Source: an uncultured Gemmatimonadales bacterium
GTDB taxonomy: Bacteria; Gemmatimonadota; Gemmatimonadetes; Gemmatimonadales; GWC2-71-9
Assembly: GCA_963730185.1 (NCBI GenBank)
Contig: CAVSQW010000009.1
Coordinates: 355,175 to 419,174 of the forward strand
Direction of reading: 5' to 3'
Length of the DNA: 64,000 bases
Part shown: positions 19,703 to 29,550 of the stretch, piece after piece
Layout: the number at the start of each line of letters is the position of its first letter
Numbering within the stretch: the first letter of the stretch is position 1
Notes under the pieces: generated by a model
Told to the model about the DNA's origin: nothing
The model's database searches: none
What the model saw: the letters and a program-made list of their open reading frames with translations, nothing else
Made by a program: the position numbers and the translations under genes

Positions 19703-21648
19703 CCGGCCTCCCCGTCGAGCGCCTCCGCCGCTTCGGTCCAGGCGGCCATCGCGGTCTCGAGCCCTCGCCGGGCTTCCTCCAGCGCGCGCGCGAGCTCGCC
19801 GGCCTGGCGAGCCCGGGCGGCGTCGCCGTCGTAGAGCGCCGGATCGGCCAGCGCCTGCTCCAACCCGACCACCTTCGACTCGGCCCGGGCCACGGCGGCC
19901 TCGGCGTCGGCGGCCCGACGCTCCCGGGCCCGGCGCTCGGCCTTGGGCATCTCCTTGGCCACCTGGGTCTTTGCCGCCCGGGCCTTCTCGGCCGCCCGCT
20001 GTTCGGCCAGCGCGTCCGAGGCGGCCCGGGCCCGCCGCCGCTCCCGCTCGTCACGGCGCTCCTCCCATTCCACGAAGGGACCTGGAAAATCCTCCAGGCG
20101 TCCCTCGTCGATAGCCCAGACCCGGGTGGCCAGCTCGCGGAGGAAGGCGCGGTCGTGGCTCACCACGATCACCGTCCCCTCGTAACCCTCGATCGCATCT
20201 TCCAGGACCTCGATGCTCTCGATGTCGAGGTGGTTGGTGGGCTCGTCGAGGACCAGCAGGTTGGCGCCGACCAGGGTGATCATAGCCAGGGCGACCCGGG
20301 CCCGCTCGCCGCCCGAGAGCGTGTCGGTCACCCGCTGGACCTCCTCGCCGCTGAACCCGAAGGCGCCCAGGTGGCCCTGCACCTGACCCCGGTTCCAATG
20401 GGGCCGGAGGTCGTGGATCACGTCGAAGATCGTCTGGCCGAGCGGCACGCCGGCCAGATCCTGGCGATACCAGGCCGGCGTGATCGACGCGCCCAGGCGG
20501 ACCTCGCCGCCGGCCGGCTCCCGGGCGCCGAGCAGGGTGGCGAGCAGGGTGGTCTTGCCGGCGCCGTTGGAGCCGACCAGGGCCACGCACTCGGTCCGCC
20601 AGGCGGTGACGGTGACGTCGTCGAGGAGGGTCCGATCACCGACCGTAACCCGGAGGTCCTTGGCGTCGACCACCCGGTCACCGCCCCGCTCCCGGCTGTC
20701 GAGCCGGAGGCTCATCGCGCCGGCCTCGCCGGGAGGGGGTGAGAGCCGGGGGAGCCGGGCCAGCTTCCGCCGCCGCCCCTTGGCCTGGTTGGTGTTCTGG
20801 CCGGCGATGTTCCGCCGGATGTAGTCCTCCTCCTTGGCGATCATGGTCTGCTGCTTCTCGAACGCTCGCTGCGCCGCCATCTCGCGCTCGGCTCGCTGGG
20901 TCACGAAGGCCGAATAGCCGCCCCGGTAGGCCGCCGTCGTGCCGGCATGAACGTGCAGCAGGTGGTCGGCCGTGTCGTCGAGGAAGGCCCGGTCGTGGCT
21001 GATCACCATCACCGTCTCGCCCAGATCGCCGAGATAGCGGGTCAGCCAGCGGGTGGTCTCGATGTCGAGGTGGTTGGTGGGCTCGTCGAGGAGCAAGAGG
21101 TCGGCGGGCGCGGCCAGCGGCCCGGCCAGCCCGACCCGGCCCCGTTCACCCCCGCTCAGGCTCTGGAGCGGCCGGGTGGCGGCCTCGTCGGGGTCGAAGC
21201 CCAGGCCCTGGAGCACCGCCGCCACCCGGGCGTGGTATTCGTAGCCACCCTGATGGGCGAAGCGCTCCTGGTCCCGGCCATAGCGCTCGAGGTCGGCCTC
21301 GGTCACCCGGTCGGCCAGCTCCGCCAGCCGCTCGCCCTGCCGGGCCAACTCGGCCTCGAGCCGGATCACGTCGGAGTAACCTACGGCGGCGGCGTCCCAG
21401 ACCGTCCGGGCGTCGCCGAAGTCGCGGTGCTGGTCGAGCAGCACTACCCGGAGCGACTTGGCCCGAGCCACGGTGCCGCGGGTGGGCTCCAGGGCGCCGG
21501 TGATCAGCCGGAAGAGGGTCGTCTTGCCGGCGCCGTTCCGTCCGACGATGCCCCACCGCTCGCCCTTGGCGACCGTGAAGGACACGCCCTCGAGAATGGT
21601 GTTGCCGGCGAAATCCACGGCGACGTCGCCGAAGGTGAGGAGGGTCAC
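19699..21648 (-). CDS. ABC-F family ATPase (Uup/YheS-like)
   Basis: Two NBDs (GRNGAGKTT, GSNGAGKTT, LSGGE, DEPTNHLD), no TM segments, C-terminal coiled coil. Likely GTG start at 21648. Confidence 0.92.
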   Translation of the reverse strand: MTLLTFGDVAVDFAGNTILEGVSFTVAKGERWGIVGRNGAGKTTLFRLITGALEPTRGTVARAKSLRVVLLDQHRDFGDARTVWDAAAVGYSDVIRLEAELARQGERLAELADRVTEADLERYGRDQERFAHQGGYEYHARVAAVLQGLGFDPDEAATRPLQSLSGGERGRVGLAGPLAAPADLLLLDEPTNHLDIETTRWLTRYLGDLGETVMVISHDRAFLDDTADHLLHVHAGTTAAYRGGYSAFVTQRAEREMAAQRAFEKQQTMIAKEEDYIRRNIAGQNTNQAKGRRRKLARLPRLSPPPGEAGAMSLRLDSRERGGDRVVDAKDLRVTVGDRTLLDDVTVTAWRTECVALVGSNGAGKTTLLATLLGAREPAGGEVRLGASITPAWYRQDLAGVPLGQTIFDVIHDLRPHWNRGQVQGHLGAFGFSGEEVQRVTDTLSGGERARVALAMITLVGANLLVLDEPTNHLDIESIEVLEDAIEGYEGTVIVVSHDRAFLRELATRVWAIDEGRLEDFPGPFVEWEERRDERERRRARAASDALAEQRAAEKARAAKTQVAKEMPKAERRARERRAADAEAAVARAESKVVGLEQALADPALYDGDAARARQAGELARALEEARRGLETAMAAWTEAAEALDGEAG

Positions 21649-21737
21649 GGGCGAAAAGATACACGGACCCCGAAATGAAGCGGTGACGGCGCCTCGCGAC
21701 GCCGCCACCGGATCGACCCGGCGCGGGGGAGCGCCGG

Positions 21738-22319
21738 CTAGAAGGCGAGCCCGACCAGGATCAGGAACGAACGGGTCTTGTAGCTGTCGGAGCTGGTCAG
21801 GGTGCCCAGCTTGAGGTCGGTCAAGCCGTAGACGTAGCGGCCCTCGACCGTGAACGCGGTCAGGCCGCCGAAGCGGACCCCGCCGCCGATGACGCCGGAG
21901 TAGGTCGTCTTCTTTCGGTTCCCGTCGGCGCAGTCGGCGGGCCCGGCCTTACAGCTGATCTCGAATGACGCCTGGGGGCCGGCATAGGCGAACGGCTTGA
22001 TCCCCGGGGTGGGGATCGTCACCCGAAGGTAGACCGGCACGTCGACGTAGTTGAGCTTGATCTCGTCGGTGGCGACGTCACTCTTGAGGCCGCGCTGCGC
22101 GAAGAGCCCTTCGATCCCGAGCCCGATGAGGCCCTTGGTAGCCAGCGCGGCGCCGGCGGCGAACCCGGTCCGGCTCTTCAGGTTGCCGGGGAGCAGGCCC
22201 TTGTTCGAGACGTCGCCGAAGGAGGCGCCTCCCTTGACGCCGACTTCGACGCCGGCTTGCGCGGCGAGCGGCGTGGCAAGAGCGAGCAGCAGAGCGGCAG
22301 CGAGCGATGGCAAACGCAT
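21738..22319 (-). CDS. Small outer-membrane beta-barrel protein (PorT/OMP_b-brl_2-like)
   Basis: Signal peptide, GVKGG start, YVDVPVYLR and EGRYVYGL, terminal Phe. Confidence 0.8.
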   Translation of the reverse strand: MRLPSLAAALLLALATPLAAQAGVEVGVKGGASFGDVSNKGLLPGNLKSRTGFAAGAALATKGLIGLGIEGLFAQRGLKSDVATDEIKLNYVDVPVYLRVTIPTPGIKPFAYAGPQASFEISCKAGPADCADGNRKKTTYSGVIGGGVRFGGLTAFTVEGRYVYGLTDLKLGTLTSSDSYKTRSFLILVGLAF

Positions 22320-22357
22320 GACCGGCGGTCCTTTCGAGGTAGTGGCTTCGGGGCAGA

Positions 22358-22391
22358 CGCCGCCGGTGGCGAATCTCCGCCACCGGCGGCG
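22358..22391. terminator. Perfect 14-bp hairpin
   Basis: cgccgccggtggcg-aatctc-cgccaccggcggcg lies between the amidohydrolase/CPBP operon and the porin gene. No U-tract. Confidence 0.5.
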
Positions 22392-22547
22392 CCGGCCGCT
22401 TGACTACCTAGGAGACGTGGATCGGGCCTTCGAGGCGCACGACGATGTCAATCCACGAACGCCGGGAGGGCGGTGGGTGCTCGGCGTAGCGGGCGACGAT
22501 GGTCTGGTCGAGTGTCGGTTGATGAAGCTCGGGGATCGTCATCTGGA

Positions 22548-23246
22548 TCACCCGCTGAAACCGACCGCGATCAGGTGGCCGATCGCGTGCGCCAGCACCA
22601 GGTACTCGAAGCCGTCCCGGGCGTAGAGCCAGCCGAAGGCGAGGCCGGCAAGGCCGTTGCCGGCCACGGCCAGGGCCACGATCCGGGCCGGCTGGCCGAC
22701 AACCCCGGCGGCGTGGAACGCCACATAGGCCAGCGTCGCCACGACGATGCCGAGCGCCACGCTCCGGGTGAGCCGGACGGTCATGCTCATGATCCCGAGG
22801 TGGAGGACCAGCTCCAGAGTGACCGCGGCGAACCCGGCCGAGAGGGCCCGGACCCAAAACGATCCGCCGCCCTGGTCGGCGCCCACCGCGGCGACCAAGG
22901 CAAGCCCGACGGCGCCGATGACCAGACCGACCCCGAGCGCCCTCAGCAGCGCGGCGGTGGAGCGGGATCGACGGACCTGGGCCGGCTCGGTGGCCGGCGT
23001 TGCGGCGGCGCCGTCCTCCAGCTTGCGGAGGAGCGGCATCGGCAGCCCGGCCTGGTCCGCCCAGCCGAGCCCGAACCAGGTCGCGAGCGCCGCCAATATG
23101 GACGAGCCGCCGACGAAGGTGACGAGCTGAGCGGTCGCGACCGGGGTCGGCGAGGTGGCCTGGAGGTAGGGGAGAAACAGGACCGCTCCGACGAGGCCGA
23201 GCCCCGCCAGGATCAGAAATCGCCGCCGGCGGGGCCGACCGCTCAT
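22548..23246 (-). CDS. CPBP/Abi-like intramembrane protein (degenerate catalytic motifs)
   Basis: ATG 23246 (ATGA overlap). Multiple TMs, with TLELVLHLG, YVAFH and FGWLY..G....LAHAIGH aligning to CPBP motifs. Confidence 0.6.
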   Translation of the reverse strand: MSGRPRRRRFLILAGLGLVGAVLFLPYLQATSPTPVATAQLVTFVGGSSILAALATWFGLGWADQAGLPMPLLRKLEDGAAATPATEPAQVRRSRSTAALLRALGVGLVIGAVGLALVAAVGADQGGGSFWVRALSAGFAAVTLELVLHLGIMSMTVRLTRSVALGIVVATLAYVAFHAAGVVGQPARIVALAVAGNGLAGLAFGWLYARDGFEYLVLAHAIGHLIAVGFSG

Positions 23247-24534
23247 CGCCCGGGCGGCGGCGAAAGGGCCACCCCGCCCTTGATGACCCGCTCGATCCGC
23301 TCCGCGTTCCGGATGTCGGCCGTCGGGTCGGCGCCCAGCACCACCAGGTCGGCCAGCTTGCCGCGCTCGATCGTGCCGAGGCTCGCCTCCTGGCCGAGCG
23401 CTTTGGCGCCGTCGAGCGTCGCGGCGGTGATCGCCTGGGCGGGAGTGAAGCCGCAGTGGTCCACCAGGTACTCGAGCTCGGTGAAAAGCGGCGGCAGGCC
23501 GTCGGGCCGCATGGTCTCCGGCCCGTCGGTTCCGGCACTCACCGGGATCCCCAGGTCTCGGGCCTCGACCGTAACCCGGCAGGCCCAGTCGGCGGCCTCG
23601 GGCGAGATCCCCTGGACGACCGCCGAGACGGTGGCGTCCAGGACCGTGCCGCGCGCCTTCATCAGGTCGAGCACTCGCCGGACCGGCTCCCCGTCGGGCG
23701 CCACCCGGTCGAACGGACCGACCGGACCGAAGTTGGTGTACGGGTCGGTGTGGAACCGGGCCGGCAGGGTCGGCACGCCTTCCCACACCAGGAGCGCGGC
23801 GTGCGACACCGCGTCGACCCCCGCCTCCACGACGTCCGAGGGCCGGACCGGGAAGATGGCCGGGTGGGTCCAGACCCGGAGTCCCTGATCGTGAGCCGCC
23901 GTGGTGATCCGCTGCACCAGATCGAGCGAGAGATCGGAGTAGATCTTGATGGCGGAGACGCCGAGGGCCTTGGCGCCGGCCACGGCGGCGGTGAGGTCGG
24001 TGGAATCGGTGACCGCCAGGAACCACGGGACCTCACCCGGCGCCTGATCGCCGGTGGATCCGATCGGCCGCTTGTCCACCGCGTAGAAGCTCGGCCCGGC
24101 AAAGAAGGCGGAGTAATAAAGCCGGGCCATCGGGGTGCCGGGATCGCGCGAGCGGGGCGCGACCTGGGCGAAGAGGGCTGCGTCGCCCGCCATGTCCCGT
24201 ACGGCGGTCACCCCGCCGGCCGCCAGCTGCCCGAGCCGGGTGACCAGCTGGATCGAGTCGGGCGGAAAGTGCGAGTGGGTGTCGATCAGACCCGGCATGA
24301 CCCAGCGTCCGGCCAGGTCGAGCCGCTCCACGCCCGCCGGCGGCCTCTGGTCGCCGGTCGGGCGGACGGCCGCGATCCGGTCGCCTTGAATGGCCACCAC
24401 CTGATGCTCCCTCGGCGCGGCGCCGGTGCCGTCGACGACCGTGACGTCCCAGAGCAACAGGTCGGCCGCGGGCGCGGGCCGCTTGGCGCATCCGGCGGCA
24501 AGGGCCAGGCCGACCAGGAGCAGGGCGGAACGGA

Positions 24535-24538
<4 letters not shown>
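23243..24538 (-). CDS. Secreted/lipoprotein amidohydrolase family protein
   Basis: [24 protein letters not shown] and [13 protein letters not shown] motifs, with lipobox LAAGC. The start is uncertain (CTG 24538 or ATG 24595). Confidence 0.85.
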
Positions 24539-25107
<569 letters not shown>

Positions 25108-25130
25108 GGGAAGGCTCTCTCCATGGACGG

Positions 25131-26150
25131 TCAGCGTCCGCGCTGCGAGTAGGCGATGCCATCGGGCCAGGTGCCGACCGGGGCGGTGCCGGTGATCTTG
25201 CCGGTCGCGAGATTCACGGCGGCCACCTGGTTCCGGCCCTGGAGCGTGACGTAGGCGAAGGCCCCGTCGCGCGAGACCGTGACGCCCTCGGGCGAGGGCG
25301 AGCCGGGTACCTCGGCCGTCGCGACGATCCCGTCGCGGGGGACGGTGATCAGGTGCTCGAGCCGTCGGGTCCGGGCGTCGAAGATCCGAATCTCGCCCCG
25401 CACCGGGTCGGCCACCACCACCCGCCGGCCGTCGGGCGTCGCCCCCAGGCGATAGGGCATTCCGAACCCGCCGAGCGTGTCGATCGGCTGGCCTCGCTCG
25501 GCGTCGACCACCACGACCACGCTGTCACCGTTGCTGCCCACCCAGACCTGCTTCCCGTCCGGCGTGATGGTAATCCCTTCGACCGCTTTGGCCACCGGGA
25601 TGACCCGGCGGGAGACCCGGGCGATGGGGTCGATCTCCGTGATGCTGCCGTCGGGGATGTTGGTGGTGAAGAGCCGCCGATCGTTCGGTGCCAGGGCGAT
25701 CATGTGCGAGACGGGGCGCTGGGTCGGGATCGTGTCGGCCACCTCCCCGGTCGCGAACCGGACCAGCAGCACCACCTTCCGCACTTCGGAGGTGACCGCC
25801 AGCAGGCTGTCGCCAGCCAGGAACGACATCCCGTGGGGGCGCTGGTACGAGCCGAGATCGATGATCCGGGTGACCCGGGCCTGGTCGACGTCGATGACCG
25901 TCAGGGTCTGTCCCGGAGCGCCTCGAACCCCGTAGTTGGACACGACCGCCCACCGTCCGTCGTGCGACACCGCGGCCTCGTGCGGTCCGGCGCCGGTCGG
26001 CAGGGTCGCCCGGACCGTCATGGTGGCGGCGTCGACGATCGTGGCCGTCGCGTCGTTCATGTTGGTGACGATGAGGGTGCCGTGCCCGGTCGTCCCGGAC
26101 GGAGTCAGGAGCACGAGGGCGGCAAGCGGGACCAGGGCGGTACGACGCAT
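25131..26150 (-). CDS. Secreted YVTN/YncE-type beta-propeller protein
   Basis: Signal peptide and repeated GxxPHE/PEG..(S/T)PDG..YV blades. Confidence 0.85.
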   Translation of the reverse strand: MRRTALVPLAALVLLTPSGTTGHGTLIVTNMNDATATIVDAATMTVRATLPTGAGPHEAAVSHDGRWAVVSNYGVRGAPGQTLTVIDVDQARVTRIIDLGSYQRPHGMSFLAGDSLLAVTSEVRKVVLLVRFATGEVADTIPTQRPVSHMIALAPNDRRLFTTNIPDGSITEIDPIARVSRRVIPVAKAVEGITITPDGKQVWVGSNGDSVVVVVDAERGQPIDTLGGFGMPYRLGATPDGRRVVVADPVRGEIRIFDARTRRLEHLITVPRDGIVATAEVPGSPSPEGVTVSRDGAFAYVTLQGRNQVAAVNLATGKITGTAPVGTWPDGIAYSQRGR

Positions 26151-27052
26151 CAGGGAAGGCTCCGGACGAAGTCGGCGATGCCGTCGAGCAAGGCCGGCAT
26201 CACGGGCAGGGTGGGATCGGCGTACGACGCCAGCTGGGCCGCAGGATCGGCGGGGACGGCTTTGAGCAGGTGGTTCATGCCCGGAACGATCAGCAGCTTC
26301 ACGTCCGGCCGGGCGCCGGCCAGCAGGCGAGCGTCGGTCTCGGTGACCTGAATGTCGGTGGTGCCCTGGATCACCAGCATCGGGATCGAGAGCGAGGCGG
26401 CGATCGCGACCGAGTCGCGGTTCAGGAACGAGATCAGATAGGGCTGCACGCTGGGCCGGTAGAGCGGCGCCAGGAGCGGCGGAACCTCGGTTGCGGTCCG
26501 GCCCTCCAGGAGACCGTCGATGATCCGATCGCTCGCGGCCATCAGCTCGGCCGGCAGCTTGGGCGCCAGCTGCTCGCGGAGCACCACGTACCCGGGGCGA
26601 CCCATCCCGGCGACGGTAATCAGGGCGTCGGGCGGCTCCTGCTGGGAGGCGAGGAGCCCGATCAAGGCCCCTTCGCTGTGGCCGATCAAGAGGACCCGCC
26701 CGAACCGAGGATCGGCCCGGAGCATCCGGAGCCAGCCGACCGCGTCGTCCACGTAGGTGTCGAGCCGGAGGTCGTCCTCCCGGGTGGCCGCGCCGGCGCT
26801 CTCCGCGATCCCCCGCTTGTCGAAGCGGACGGTGGCGATGCCTCGAGCCGCGAGCCCCTCGGCCAGGAAGCGAAGGCTATGGTTCGGGGCGGCCAGCGCC
26901 GGCGTGTTGCCGTTCCGGTCGGTGGGGCCGGAGCCCGCGTGAATCAGGGCGACCGGCCAGCCGCCCTTGCCGGGTGGCAGCATCGCGGTGCCCAGGATGG
27001 CGCCGGTCGGGGTGTCGAGCCGGATCGGCTCGCTGGTGGTGGTCTCGGCCAT
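26150..27052 (-). CDS. Alpha/beta hydrolase (serine aminopeptidase S33-like)
   Basis: ATG 27052. GSGPTDRNGN, GHSEG nucleophile, QGTTDIQV and GMNHLLK motifs. Confidence 0.88.
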   Translation of the reverse strand: MAETTTSEPIRLDTPTGAILGTAMLPPGKGGWPVALIHAGSGPTDRNGNTPALAAPNHSLRFLAEGLAARGIATVRFDKRGIAESAGAATREDDLRLDTYVDDAVGWLRMLRADPRFGRVLLIGHSEGALIGLLASQQEPPDALITVAGMGRPGYVVLREQLAPKLPAELMAASDRIIDGLLEGRTATEVPPLLAPLYRPSVQPYLISFLNRDSVAIAASLSIPMLVIQGTTDIQVTETDARLLAGARPDVKLLIVPGMNHLLKAVPADPAAQLASYADPTLPVMPALLDGIADFVRSLP

Positions 27053-27133
27053 GGGGAAGCCTCCGGATGGTAAGCTACTCCCCGCCCGGTTCCCGGCCAG
27101 GCCACCCGGCCACTCCCGACTACATTCTTCCTC

Positions 27134-28570
27134 GTGTCCCCCCTGTCGTCCGCCGCCGTCGCTGCCGGCCTCGTCGCGCTTGCCGCCTGCCAGGTCCACG
27201 TCGATCGGGGCAACACGGTGATCATGGCCTCGGGAGCCGACCTCCAGAGCATGAACTCGCTGGTCACGACCCACCCCCTGGCCAAGCAGGTGCAGCGTTA
27301 CGCTCTCCTCACCACCCTGGTGCGGCGGGACAGCGCCCTGACCCCGGTACCGTACCTGGCCCGGCGGTGGGCCTGGTCGGCCGACCGGCGAGAGCTCACC
27401 CTGTGGCTCTACCCGGACCTCGACTGGGACGACGGCCAGCCCACCACGGCCGACGACGCGGCCTGGACCCTCGAGGCGGCCCTCGACCCCGCCACCGGGT
27501 ACCCCCGGCTCAGCGATCTGGCCGCGCTGGAGGCGGTAATGGCGGACGACGACACCACCCTCACGCTCCGATTCCGGGAGCCGCAGTCCGAGATCCCCGA
27601 CGTGTTGTCCGACCTGGCCATCCTGCCCTGGCATCTCCTCCGCGACGTGGCGCCGGCGGAGCTTCGGCGGGCAGCCTGGAACGAGCACCCCGTGGGCAAC
27701 GGGCCGTTCCGGTTCGTGACCCACGAGGCCAACCGGCGTTGGGTGTTCGAGGCCAACCCGGATTTTCCTCCGGCCCTCGGCGGGCCGCCCGCCATCGATC
27801 GGCTGGTGATCGCCGTCGTGGACGAGCCGATGACCAAGCTGGCGGCCCTGACCTCCGGGGAGCTCGACTTCGCCGGCATTCAGCCCGCCCACGCGTCGTT
27901 CGTGCGAAAGGACCCCGACCTCCGGGTCCTCGAGTACCCGCTGCTCTTCAGCTACGCGATCGTCTTCAACACCCGGAAGCCACCCTTCGACGACTGGGCC
28001 GCCCGGAAGGCGCTCGATCTGGCGATCGACCGGCAAAGCATCGTGCAGGGCTACCTGTTCGGTTTTGGCCAAGCGGCCTCGGGTCCGTTGCCGCCGGAGC
28101 TGGACTCGACGCCGCCCGCCGCACCGTTCTACGCGCCCGGCCGCGGCAAGGTGCTGCTCGGCGACGAGCCGCTTCGGTTCGAGCTGCTCACGGTGGGGAG
28201 CGGGGAGGCGCCGCTCGAGCAGATGATCCAGAGCCAGCTGGCCGCCATCGGGGTGAAGGTGGCGATCCGACCGCTCGAGCTCTCCAGCTTCCTCGACCGG
28301 GTCTACGGGCCGCGACACGACTTCGAGGCCGCCGTGGTGGGGATTTCGGGCGACCTTCAACTGGGATACCTTCGTTCCCTGCTCGACGTGAGTGGTTTGG
28401 CGGCGCCGGGCCGGGGGCGCGCGCTCCTGCCCGTCTATGCAGACTCCCTTCCGGCCGTCTTCCTCTATCATGCGCGTGGAGTGCAGGGCATGAATCGGCG
28501 GGTGCGCGGTGTGCGGATGGATCTGCGGGGCGAGCTGGTGACGCTGCCCCGCTGGACGGTGTCACCGTGA
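27134..28570 (+). CDS. ABC transporter substrate-binding lipoprotein, family 5 (peptide/nickel-type)
   Basis: Lipobox LAAC. W.DGQPTTADD, PVGNGPFRF and RKALDLAIDR motifs. Confidence 0.88.
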   Translation: MSPLSSAAVAAGLVALAACQVHVDRGNTVIMASGADLQSMNSLVTTHPLAKQVQRYALLTTLVRRDSALTPVPYLARRWAWSADRRELTLWLYPDLDWDDGQPTTADDAAWTLEAALDPATGYPRLSDLAALEAVMADDDTTLTLRFREPQSEIPDVLSDLAILPWHLLRDVAPAELRRAAWNEHPVGNGPFRFVTHEANRRWVFEANPDFPPALGGPPAIDRLVIAVVDEPMTKLAALTSGELDFAGIQPAHASFVRKDPDLRVLEYPLLFSYAIVFNTRKPPFDDWAARKALDLAIDRQSIVQGYLFGFGQAASGPLPPELDSTPPAAPFYAPGRGKVLLGDEPLRFELLTVGSGEAPLEQMIQSQLAAIGVKVAIRPLELSSFLDRVYGPRHDFEAAVVGISGDLQLGYLRSLLDVSGLAAPGRGRALLPVYADSLPAVFLYHARGVQGMNRRVRGVRMDLRGELVTLPRWTVSP

Positions 28571-29550
28571 GTCACGCCTCGGCGCCGGTCCGGCTGGACT
28601 TCGCGGGCGGGTGGACCGACGTGGCCCCGTACGCCACCGAGGTCGGCGGCGTGGTGGTGAACGCGGCGATCGAGCTCCGGGCCACCGCCAGCGTCGAGGC
28701 GGCCGAGGGGTACGAGCTTCGGTCGGACGACCTCGGCCGGGTGCTCCATCCCCGGGAGCCGGGCGACTTCGAGCCGAACGGCGAGCTGGACCTCCTCAAG
28801 GCCGCCGTCCGGGTCAGCGGGGTCGGACCGTGTCGGATCCACACTCGCTCCGAGGCGCCACCCGGCTCCGGGCTGGGCAGCTCGGGGGCGCTGGACGTGG
28901 CGCTGGTGGCGGCGCTGGCCGCCCACGCCGGCGAGGGCCTCACGCCGATCGAGGCGGCCGAACGGGCCTGGCGGCTGGAGGCGGTGGAAGCGGCTCTGCC
29001 GGGCGGCAAGCAGGACCAGTACGCCGCGGCGTTAGGCGGTTTCCACCGGTTCGACTTCTCCGCCGGGGGCGTCGCGGTCCGGGCCCTCCGGCTGGACGAT
29101 GCCTTCCGGTCGGAGCTGGCCCGACGGGTGGTGATCTGCTATACCGGCCGGTCCCGGCTTTCGTCCGACACCATCGCCCGGGTGATGAACGCCTTCGCGC
29201 GGAAGGACGTGGTGGTGACCGGGGCGCTCCGCGGCTTGGCCGAGGTGGCGGAGGCGATGACGGAGGCGCTCGAAGCGGGTGACCTGGGGCGGATCGGCAC
29301 CCTGCTGAGCCGCAACTGGGCCCTGCAACAGGCCCTCGATTCGGGCATGGCGACCGCCGAGATGGTTCGACTCGAGCGAGGAATGCGCGCGGCCGGCGCC
29401 CTGGGGGGTAAGGCGGCCGGGGCGGGCGCCGGCGGCTCGATGTTGTTCCTGATGGGCGGCGATCCCGCCCATGGACGTCAAGCGGCCGAGGCCGCCGGCG
29501 CCACCGTGCTGCCGGCGGGTTGGGCCAGAGAAGGGATACGCGTGTGGTGA
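28567..29550 (+). CDS. GHMP-family sugar kinase (HddA-like)
   Basis: GTG 28567 (GTGA overlap). APVRLDFAGGWTD, PPGSGLGSSG, GGKQDQYAAA and GAGAGG motifs. Confidence 0.88.
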   Translation: MSHASAPVRLDFAGGWTDVAPYATEVGGVVVNAAIELRATASVEAAEGYELRSDDLGRVLHPREPGDFEPNGELDLLKAAVRVSGVGPCRIHTRSEAPPGSGLGSSGALDVALVAALAAHAGEGLTPIEAAERAWRLEAVEAALPGGKQDQYAAALGGFHRFDFSAGGVAVRALRLDDAFRSELARRVVICYTGRSRLSSDTIARVMNAFARKDVVVTGALRGLAEVAEAMTEALEAGDLGRIGTLLSRNWALQQALDSGMATAEMVRLERGMRAAGALGGKAAGAGAGGSMLFLMGGDPAHGRQAAEAAGATVLPAGWAREGIRVW

